Source of the DNA: Spizellomyces punctatus DAOM BR117 | Taxonomy: Eukaryota | Assembly: GCA_000182565.2 (NCBI GenBank) | Contig: KQ257450.1 | DNA length: 64,000 nucleotides | Strand: one strand, 5' to 3' | Shown: in pieces, positions 53,936-64,000 of the stretch | How the letters are laid out: every line of letters starts with the position of its first letter | Position numbering within the stretch: position 1 is the stretch's first letter | Notes under the pieces: model-generated | Databases searched by the model: none | Told to the model about the DNA's origin: nothing | Seen by the model: the letters and a program-made list of their open reading frames with translations, nothing else | Position numbers and translations under genes: made by a program

Positions 53936-53949
53936 GTTGCCATGGCAAT
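53936..53949. promoter_or_regulatory. RFX-type X-box
   Basis: GTTGCCATGGCAAT, one mismatch from the palindromic X-box GTTGCCATGGCAAC. A TCACGTG E-box is adjacent at 53925-53931. Confidence 0.55.
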
Positions 53950-54033
53950 TATACGTGTATTGCAGAAAAGCTCACGCAACTGCAATCCAACAAACAACTG
54001 CCACCTCAACTTCATTCGCAAACTCACTGAACA

Positions 54034-55227
54034 ATGGCACCTGTGGCGTAAGTATGAAGACAGTTGGACTTACACGTACGGTATGCTAAAGGTTGTGGAT
54101 ACTTGAGCAGCGAGCCCGTATCTGGCCTGAACTGGGCTGAGGATGTAGAGGATAATGAAGCCGAGTACGATGCTGATGACCTTCCTGCCCCCACAACTCG
54201 TGAGGAGGCAGACGGAACGAGGGTTACGATCGAGTACAAGCTCAATGATGACGGGAAGAAAGTAAAGATTGTCCGGAAAACAAAAATGCGGTTGATAAGG
54301 GCCCAAGTCAACCATGCGGTCGCAGAGCGCAAGGTGAGTTGAGTGTCCTTGACAAGACGGGATTGCTAGAAGGCGACGGACACACCAGGCATTGTTATTG
54401 TTTTTGAACTGTCTCTGATCTGGATCATGTGGCACTTCCAACAGAATAAGTGGAAGAAGTTCGGGGAGGTTGCTGGCCTCTCAGCTGGTCCCGATACAAA
54501 CAGCACGTCCTACGGCGAAAAAGTTTTCCTGAAACTTTCATCGACTATCAAAGACCACGATATGCCACAACCATCAGACGAAGTCGACTCTTTGAAGAAG
54601 GCATTGGCAGCAGCTGCCAAGTCAAAGATTAGTTGCCGTATCTGTAAGGGCGATCACTGGACCAGCAAGTGTCCCTTCAAGGATACCCATGCACCTCTTG
54701 ACGAGCTAGGAGCTCTTGAGAGCAAGGAATCATGTAAGTCTCAATCATGTACTGAAATTTTACCAAGTTGCAGCCCTTGTTTACCACGCATGTTCCGGGC
54801 GCTAGCATTGACGGATTTGACGGGTGGCGAAGACAAGACGAGTGGCAAGTATGTACCTCCAAGCCTACGAAACCGTGGTCCAGGAGAATCGATGCGGACA
54901 GAGAGACGAGACGATTTCCCTACAATTCGTATCACAAATTTATCGGAAGATACCTCGGAATCAGATGTCAAAGACTTAGTGGGCAAATTCGGACATACAT
55001 CACGAGTGGTAAGTAATGACTGTTGATATTTGAATAATAGGCATTTTAGGGCTAAAACGTGTCGCTAGTTCGTGGCAAGGGATCGCGAAACAAATGCCTG
55101 CAAGGGATTCGCATTTGTCAGCTTCTACCACAAAGAGGATGCGGAAAGGGCACTCGAAAAGCTCAATGGATTTGGATACGATAACCTTATTCTGCGGGTG
55201 GAATGGGCCAGAAGCAGCCGAGACTAG
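54034..55227 (+). CDS. TIF35: Translation initiation factor eIF3 subunit g
   Basis: [22 protein letters not shown], Zn-knuckle [24 protein letters not shown] ([32 protein letters not shown]). Confidence 0.96.
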
Positions 55228-55564
55228 GTGGTTGCAGAGGATTCGATTTGACGTTGCGCTGGTGGTCACCTTTCTGTATAGCATTCTTCTTCATTTTGGT
55301 TGGCGTACCATACTATTGTAATGATTATTTGCCATGAATGACTGACGGATGGTCGATGTGCATGTTGATTACCATTTTCTACGTCAGACCTACGACGTGG
55401 CACATTTTGTTATCATTAATCCTGAACGTGGATAAGATAATTTGACTTTCAGCATTACAGTAGTAGGACGAGACCGATGTGCATGAATGTGTATGTACTT
55501 GTAATAGAATTATATTTTCAGATGCAGTTAATTACATGAATTGGCTTGTCAAGTGACTCTACTT

Positions 55565-58500
55565 TTAACTCAAAAGTTCCTAAAGTGGAAACGTTAGAAT
55601 TGATAGCTCGCAGTTCACCTTTTCCATCCAACGTTACCTGTCGCTGCTTCTCGATCAACCGTTCAAGATGTGTGTTTTTGATACTGAGGTCCTCCACCTG
55701 TGACTTCAAACTAGTGACCAACTCGTCTTTAAGCGCCAGCGCTTTTCGGACTCGTTCTTCTATGAGGTTCACTGTTTGGTCCTGATGGACATCAAAGTGA
55801 AGGGTTCAGTTTCAAATTGAGTAACTGCATGCATGCTTGAGTGAGTCTTCACCTTCTCATTGACCACCTCCTCAACTTCATTGCGATGCTTTCTTTGTAG
55901 AATTGCTATTTTTTCGTCATGCTCCGCGATTTGATCCGCGAGAGCACGTAAAGTTGCTTCTTTGGCATCTAGCTGTTCTTCAAAGTCGCGTCCTGCGAGA
56001 ACGGATTTTTGACTGCATTAGCTTCAGGAATGATATGCTGCTACAGGTGCAGTTGCGTTAACGCACGTATCGTTTGCATTAGGGTTTCTTCATCGACCTT
56101 GAGGCGGGAGAGCTCGTTCTTTTGTTGGCGAATGAGGTTATCCTGCGTGCATTTGCGCCAAAATACTTTTTAGTCTTCAAATTTATTAGGGGGTAGCGAT
56201 ATTATTATTGATCAATACCTTTGCTGTTGACTCATGCTGCACCTGGATGACCTGTTTTTCCAAATCTCGCTTGGCATCTTCAATTGCGCGAAGCTCGTTT
56301 TGTGCAGCGAGAAGCTTGTCAATGGCTAAACTATGTTGATCTCGCAACTATAAACCAAGGCAGTTCTGTCGTGTTGGAATGTGACCGTCAATTGATCGTT
56401 TTTTTAGCGGCTGACTTACCTGCTTGACCTCTTCCGCCGTCTCGGCTTTTAGACGCTCAATTTCCATACGATACCTCCTAGTCGCCTCACTCGAATTGCA
56501 GCTTGTCTCGGATTCAAGCCGTTGTACGACCATTTCGATCTCTGCGTCCCGTTCACGGACAAGCTTTTCTTTGAACGCTTTCTAATAATTTAATGATGGG
56601 GTTTAGAGTGGACAGATGGTATATGTAAGTTTGCTCCTGCGTACTTCACGGTTACGCATTTCAGCTTCTTGTTTAGCCATGTAGTGCGTTTGCCATTCTT
56701 CCTTTTCTATCGCGAGCTTTTCGCGCAGATTTGAGAGCTGTTTACGAGGGGAAAAGTCAATAACGTCGATTCAAAAGCATTTGCCTACGGGTGCAAGACA
56801 AGTCCTGCTTACTTCCGTTGCTTGTTTTCTTCTTGCGTCTTCCAAAGCCTGTTCTTTGGCATCACGCTCCACGTCAACCTGACGACGGAGCTCTTCAATT
56901 TGTTTTCTATGTGATGATTCTTCAGCTTGCCGGTCCATCTTGTGGGATTCCATAAGAATGTGCTTCTGTTCATCGAAATCCGCGAGGAGTTTGCGCTTTT
57001 GTTGCTGAAACTAGTATCCATGCCATTAAATAATGTTTGATAAACTTCTTCTATCTAAGCATCAGCGTATCGCCTACCTCCATTTCGTCCCGTTCAAGCT
57101 GCTTTTGATAGCGTTGGCGCGCGAATTCACGCTCTTCTTCACACGCACGCTGTCGTTCCGCCACGATACGGTCTCGCATGGCTTCCTAAAATCAATATGT
57201 TACAATGATGTATGTAAGTGTATAGCGCCAGTAATTCACGCACCATTTGCCGCTGCTGTTGCTCAGCCAAAAGGGTCTTCTCTTTAGCTAGATCTTCCCG
57301 GAACTTTTCCTCCATCTGCCGGATTTGAAGCTTTTGTTGCTGATGGCATGTACAAATTCAGACATCCATTTTCAAAAGCCCGCTTTCTATTCCTGGTAAC
57401 TTACAGAGAGCATCCGTTGGATTTCGGGCTCAAGACCTTTGATGGTTTGATCTTTGATAGCCTTGGTCTTTTCTTGAATCCACTTGTCGCGCTTGACTTT
57501 TTCAGCCGCTTGCCACAGCTCTCGCTGCTGCTTCAGATCTTTTTCATGCTGCTCTTCCAGAACCCTGGACTTGGAAAAATAGTACAGATGAGCAAATGTG
57601 TCGTTAGATTTGTATTTCGACAGCAAGCCCGCCGCAGTACCTTATCCCTAAACTGCTTTTCGAGATTCTTGACTTCTTCAGTGAGCACCTCACACTTTTT
57701 TGACAGGTCTTCTTTTTCAGCCAAGAGTTTATCGATAAAAGTTAAATGTCGTTTTATGATAGTTTCATACTCTTTGCGTTGCAGGGATAGTTTTGATTTC
57801 AGTTCCTTCTTGCTTCCTCAGATGGGTTAGCCACTGAATTTTTGGACAATAAGGAAGCTCACCAAAGTACTTACAATTCCAGAGCCTGATCATGTAAACT
57901 CTCCTTCACCTTCTTGAGTTCTTTTTTGAGCATGCCAAGAGTACGCCCCTTTTCCTCGATCTCCATTTGTTGTCCCATGATCTTGGCTTTTACTCCATCA
58001 AACACGGCAGCTTTATTTTCATAAAAGAACGGAATGCTCATAGTGAGCAATGCGCATAACGACGTGAAGAATATTAGTTGTCAAACTCACTTGTGCTACC
58101 GATGATGGGTTCGGTTGTACCAACGTTTGACGTGCTTCAGAAAGTTAACGTGAAAATCAACATTGGGTCATCTTTTAGATCAACACCATTTCTCCTACCC
58201 CGACACCGTCCCGAGAAGTCCCCCAATAGCAGCTGACCCAGCTTTGATGCTGGCAGCACTTTTAGCGTCATCTTCCTCCACCTCTTTCAAAAAGTCCAGG
58301 ATGCGATCCACACGATGTGCAGTCGTATCGTCATCTATTGCGGTCGTACTCGCTTCATCTGCTGTTGAAGTTGCTGATGAAGCAAACTGCTCTCCTTTCG
58401 TCGGTAAGTATGGTAAGCTTTGATACACGGAGGCTTTCGAGATGATGGCATTCCGATCGAGGTGAGCGGAACCAGTACTACTTCGTAGTGATTTGTCGGG

Positions 58501-59000
58501 TCGGTCGGTTCGAACTCCGAGAACAGATGATGGGCGGGTGGGGATATTTGAGCGTGATGAGCAATAAGATGATTTAGAAGCTGGGGATGATGGGGTGGTT
58601 GTTTCTTTCATCTGCTCCAAGATCTCCTAAAACCGTCATGGCAGTTGAGAACGACTTGATATAAACGAACTGCCAAACGTACACCAGCAATCACCTTTCT
58701 GGCTAATCGTGCCCTTTCTTCTCGTCTCCGCTTCACAGCATCCTCTGTTGCTGCGTTTGCTAGCATTTGGGCGAATGGTTGTATTTACTCTACCAGCAAT
58801 GTTCTAGTTCTGATGAACTCGGAGGATCGCGTTCGCTTACGTAACTGTCAGCTCGTCCGAGTTTTCGGACTCCTTGCTCTGTGAACTAGATGCAATGCTC
58901 GATCGCGAGCAAAAGAATGAGTGAGGAATGGATTCAGAATTATGGCATTTCAAGCGCTAGCTCCCCACCAGAAACGAGGGATCTTGCAGAGATGAGTTTA
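55565..59000 (-). CDS. CEP131: Centrosomal/centriolar satellite protein CEP131 (AZI1); 5' end unresolved, may extend to ~59660
   Basis: HLTFIDKLLAEKEDLSKKCE, WQAAEKVKRDKWIQEKTKAIKDQTIKGLEPEIQRM, RERDAEIEMVVQRLE, and C-terminal IEERVRKALALKDELVTSL...HLERLIEKQRQ|ELLS, all matching conserved CEP131 blocks. Confidence 0.88.
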
Positions 59001-60297
59001 ATAGGATGAGAATAAGTGCAAAGGACGACATCTCCTTCACTACCAAGTGCCGTTTTAGGCTTCATCATCTGCCACCTTTCTGGCATTCGAAAAACATTCA
59101 ACTTGTTCATCCCATATGGGCGCAGGTTGGGAATCTCCGTTTTAACAGAGCATCATGTAATTCAAGTCAAGTGCGCCTGTACTCCGACAATATGCCTCCA
59201 CATCAGTTATTACTGGATCGAATATAAGACAATAAGTAACATCCCAACTGCAAAAAAAGTATTGTTTCATCTTTTTAAAATGAAAACAAGACCTCCAAAG
59301 ACTTGTATCGCTGTCTTTCTGGCCTTCTTCATGAGTTTAGGAAAGGAATATCACGGCAGAGCTTACCAGCGGATTGTCGATACCAGTAGTCTTGACAGGC
59401 TGTCTTGAATTCAAATAGGGCATTAGCGGATTCGGCAAGGTGCCAGCGCCCGTTGTCCACCGAACGATCTGCGGGCTGCTTGACCAGCGAGCACTCAATA
59501 AGGCTCCAGATAAAATTGAAAGGCAGATTTCTGTACCAGAGTGAAAGCCGTGCAGAGTGCACGCCCTATGATATTATCCACTACTTCATATCGTTCATTG
59601 TCGAATCAAGACAAGATGAAGATGAAAGAGTATCACCCCGGCGTTTCTCGCTGTTTTGAATCATCGTGCTAGCGGTAAATATTGTCACTGGAAACTCTCC
59701 AGTACGTGAGGATTATGGTTGAGGGACAAAAAACTGTCTATACGTTCCAAAGAATACATGGCATTGCTCCTTTTAAATACTTCACAAGCCTTAATGGTAT
59801 TTCATACCAAGCGTCCAAATAATAGTGAATGTTTCCACTCACTTTGGCCCTTGTGTTTTGATAAAACTTGTAGTGACTACCTTTGCAGGACCACTCGCAA
59901 AATAAACAAATGCATTGCGACTGGGCTTTTACTAAAAGAAAACACGTTATATACATACAAGCAGGCCAGGTAAACTGCACTGATAGTTTGAGACGGAGTT
60001 GGATCATGATCGAATATGAATATACAAAACACTCAAAACGTTCAAGTATCCTCAAATCGACGAAAAATGCGTTCCAATGCCCCCGTACTGGAGCACAGAT
60101 TGAACGACCAACGCTAGTGATTGGAAACAATAATCTCATTGTCAGAGTCCGATTGATCATCCCTCCAACAAAAAACGCTCATAAAATCTTGCAAAAAAAA
60201 ACAAAACTATACATGTTCAGGAAACGAGCAACAAGAAAGCCTTCAAGGCACCTCATTTCACAACAACCCCAAAATCCTTTATACAAAAAAACACACA

Positions 60298-60700
60298 TCA
60301 ATCCCAGTCCCTCGTGGGTATACTCTTTGGATCAATATTATCAAACTACCGCAAACCAAAAGATATTACTTATCCATCCACCGTGAACAACAATCTAGCA
60401 CTCCACATAAAAAACTTACACGCTGATTCACAGCATACAATTTCAAATTCTGATTCGGCTTGACCTTATTCCACGGGTACGGGTCCTCATGTCGACGATC
60501 ATGGCGTAACAATAAAGTAGGATTGAAAAAGAGGTCCCGTTCGGCGAGGGCGATGCCAGATAGGGCTGTTGTGGCGATGACGGCCACGACGATGCGGAGG
60601 TTGGGTTTGTATTTTAGGGCGGAGAAGACGCTGGTGGTGAGTGGGTGGATGTTAGTGTGTAGTTTATCTTATGGGTTTGGGTTGGTTGTACGTACGTCAT
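60298..60700 (-). CDS. NDUFA4/COXFA4 (MLRQ)-like small mitochondrial membrane protein
   Basis: A 5-nt first exon ATGAC, then VFSALKYKPNLRIVVAVIATTALSGIALA (one TM), the family-like motif PYPWNKVKPNQNLKLYAVNQ, and last exon FDNIDPKSIPTRDWD*. Confidence 0.78.
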
Positions 60701-61139
60701 GCTCTTTTTTTATTGTGTTGGTGTGGTTTGCAAGTATCAGGCAAAATGTGAGTGTGGCCTTGTAGGCTCTCTTATAGTTTTTCACTACAAGGACTTTGGC
60801 AGTAAACATCATGGGGCTTTTGATCGCAGTGTTCAATGGACGTGACGTGGAAGGGACTTTGAGGTCAGATGCTGAGAGGCGTTTATAATACAAGCTCACC
60901 AGTATGCTGTATCGCCCAGAGTACGACACCCGATTTCCAAAATTAAAAATGGATGGCAGATATCCAGTTGAAAAGAAAATTGTAATGTTTTATCCAAATC
61001 TACCCTTATAATCACCACCAAACGAAACAACGACACAAAAAAAATATAAAGATAAAAGCATAGATACAGTGTGTAGAAACAAAAAAAAAAACGAATGATG
61101 ATCCTCCAATCACCCCCCAAAAAACACCATGTCACACAC

Positions 61140-63936
61140 TCAACGCTTTTTCTGCAACTCTCTCAATTTCTCCATAACAACCTCCAACGTAAACTTCTTT
61201 TCCTGAACCTCCAAATGTTTGGCAACAATAGGATTCTGCTTGGCAAATTCCATAATTTCATTCCGAGTCAAATCATAGTATAAACGATTATCAATCTCGC
61301 GGGGGAGTTGGAAAAAGAATTCATTCAAGAGTTCGACCCAGATGAACATGACGGCCGTGTAAGTCAGTTTATCGGCGACGACGGATAAAAAGACTTCGGG
61401 GCAGCAAGCCTTGTTATCTGAGGTGCTGCATTGGCGGGATCGGACGGCGCTGATGCGGTGTTGGAGCAGGGCGACGCGGGATTGGAGGTTGAGGGCCTCG
61501 CGGGCGCGTTCCATGAGTTTAACATTGTAGGCGGGGTGATCCGAGTCAAGGGATTCCGGTGGTGGAGCTTCATCAAGCGGCTTGGCATCGCTAGAGGATT
61601 GTTTACGGAGTTCAGCATCCTTGTCAGCTTTCTGGACATATTTAATGGCATTTCGCAATTTACGACGTCCAACCGTCGATTTGATGCCTTGTAATCCTCT
61701 AGTTGCATCTGCCATTTGCTTTTCCAGTAATGCCACAGCCCGCTTTTGGCCCTCCTGCCATTCGAGTTCCGAGCATTCAACTTCAAACTTGTATGGCTTG
61801 ATGGTGTTTTCGACTTGGTCTACTGCAGTATGGAACTTTGTGCGGAGGAGATCATTGGTGAATTCCATGACTTTGCGACGCCCCTCCGAATGATGGACCC
61901 ATGGTTCAGTGGAAGTGAGTCGCTCCATATTCCGCATGAGGACGTCCACCACAAGTTGGACTGATGCCCGTCCAACGCCACTCTTGGTTAACGCCCCCGA
62001 GCTCATGTCAAGCCGGGTGGGCCAATAGGGATCCACAAGGCATAGGCGGGGTAGGTTACCAATCCTAGGGTCACTCCAGTACATGTCTGAGCAAATGTCC
62101 AGTAACCGCTGTTCGAGCATCGTGCGAACTTCTTCCCTAACTTGGGGCTTTCCAAACTGCTTTGCAAATTCCTTGAAGCGCTGTTTCAACGCATCAATCG
62201 ATTCAAGGGCGTAGCTCTCTGCACTAATCTTTCGATCATTGTAATGGACTTTGAACTGGTACCGAGCTTCATCCAATTCGGATTGTACGGCATCTGAAAT
62301 GCTGTGCAGGGATCGTCCCATGTGGTCCTCAAGTACTTGCATGAGTCTCCGTCTCAGTGTCGCAGTCCCCACCATGACCTTTTTGGACCGGTATGAGGGC
62401 TGAGAATTGAAAAAAGCGTCTTCGGAACGTATCAACGCCTGAGAATTCATTCCAGACCCAGATGATTTGCACACTACTCCAACGTAGCCCAGTTGGAGGG
62501 GGTAATCCTTGTTGGTCAAAATCCCCACACCCGTGTCCTGCTCGACTAAATCCATCTTTGTGACGACACCGATTGTACGTTGCCCTCTGGGATCCACTTT
62601 GCGACTCGCTCGAAGTGCTTCAGAGTTGGCTAAATCGACATCGGCGGCGCATACAGCCAGAATGATATTAGGCTCGCGAATGTAGGATTCGCACAGGTCG
62701 GCAATTTTCTCTTTGAGAATGGCGGGTTGATTTCGATTGTGGATTTGGATGTAACCTGGGAGGTCGACAAGGGTGAGATCAGGTACATTGGCAGAATACA
62801 CACGGAGTTCGATCGGATTGTTTGAGACGCATTCTGCGTCGGATACGGCCATGTTTAGATCCGTTAGGGTCTTTTGCACCTGAGTGAAATCGCGAACTTT
62901 TCCTAATCCCAGCTGAGGAAACTCTGCGTACTCTTCAGCCGAGTTTGGTGTGTGAATGAGCGTGAGCTCAATGGGTCGTCGTGTTACCATATTCGTACCC
63001 CTGTTCCAAACCCAGTGTTAAGCTCTTATGAATTATGCATGTTTCATGCACTACCACCTACTTTGGCAAAAATTCATGACCAACAATAGCCTCCAACACA
63101 GAACTTTTACCCGAACTCTGCGATCCAATCACCACAATACTAGGTAATGTCATCTTTGCATTATTATCCACTGTCTTTAACAAATTCCGGACTTCAATCA
63201 GCTTCTTGGTCAACACCATCAAATCTTCATCAGGCGGAGTCATGGTGCTCATTGGTTTAGTCTGCGTTGCCTGATGCTGCACGGCCTTCATAACATCCAA
63301 CTCTGTCGGTATCGTTCCAATCGGGTCCCCACCCAACGCCGCAGTCGTCAGTTCATCAAACTTCTCAGCAGCTTTTTCCATGCCTGGAAGTGCGGGAGGT
63401 GTCTGTGGGAGTATATCGGGTAATTTAAACTTTGATAAGTCAACGTCGATATCTGGGAGTCGGATTTCGGGGATCTCGATATTACTAAGGTCGATACTTG
63501 ATACAAAATCGTTGGCCTTTGAAAAGGCATCTTTCATCCAGTCTGGGACATATTCTTTTTGTAATTCTGTACAAAGAGTATTTTAGTACTCTAACTTAAT
63601 CGCCTGGTTGCAGTGCACTCTGAACGACGTACCGTTCAACTTGTACCCCATCACCGCCACCATACCCCCACCCGCAGAAGCAGCCGCAACCGTCATACGC
63701 AACAAGGAAAACGTTGCCCTCGCTGCTCCAAATATGCTTCTCCGTTGTTCATGTCGGGTATTTCTGTGCTGCCAATGTTGCCATCGCGGCCGACGGGTAT
63801 ATTGCGAGTTGGTCCACATGTGCCGGTGGAGGGGTACAAAAGGCCGTGTTGTTTGGCCTCTGTACCCGCGAAGGAGGCCGTAGTTTCGGAAAGACATTGC
63901 GCGTGGTAGGGAGGTTGAAGTTATGGATTGGGACAT
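61140..63936 (-). CDS. MGM1: Mitochondrial inner-membrane fusion dynamin-like GTPase Mgm1
   Basis: Presequence plus hydrophobic segment, [61 protein letters not shown], and [16 protein letters not shown]. Confidence 0.96.
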
Positions 63937-64000
63937 GACGGCGGCGCCGACCGAGCCCAGCTCACGCTCTCTCGTGATGGTCTAGCAAGAGACCAAAAAC

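Noticed and set aside
54734-54805. Stop-free, in-frame introns (eIF3g; also Pet100 intron 1 and the last ABD1 intron) as regulated retention
   Set aside because: Expected by chance among many short introns; the inserted residues are not protein-like.

Overview
Gene-dense eukaryotic DNA with many short (mostly ~50-90 nt) GT-AG introns. It is most consistent with an early-diverging, flagellated (chytrid-like) fungus: fungal-type MGM1, CPA2, Pet100 and Heh/Src1 sit alongside the centriolar/ciliary gene CEP131. About 23 protein-coding genes are supported. From left to right: a giant kinesin-4-like motor with a repetitive coiled-coil tail (runs off the left edge), an unknown multi-pass membrane protein, CPA2, CDC23, SAR1, RPN12, an aquaglyceroporin, ABD1, Pet100, DPB2, a LEM/MSC protein, NOP2, EMC10, bL17m, mitochondrial LeuRS, a carnitine acyltransferase, a SAM-domain protein, a PhzF-like gene, eIF2B-gamma, MRS2, DCP1, eIF3g, CEP131, an NDUFA4-like gene and MGM1. 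I saw no rRNA, tRNA, CRISPR array or transposon. The best novelty candidate is the 5' leader of the arginine-specific carbamoyl-phosphate synthetase LARGE subunit gene. It contains a 24-codon uORF (MYSHHDEKVSNNYISEQVYKSHGR, 11068-11142) that aligns without gaps to the arginine attenuator peptide (AAP). AAP is known from SMALL-subunit (CPA1/arg-2) mRNAs, and this copy has N and Y at the critical D12 and W19 positions. It lies just downstream of a predicted hairpin-containing leader intron whose removal would leave it as the only uORF, and Gcn4/CPC-1-type sites lie upstream. Exon boundaries were read by eye and need RNA confirmation.
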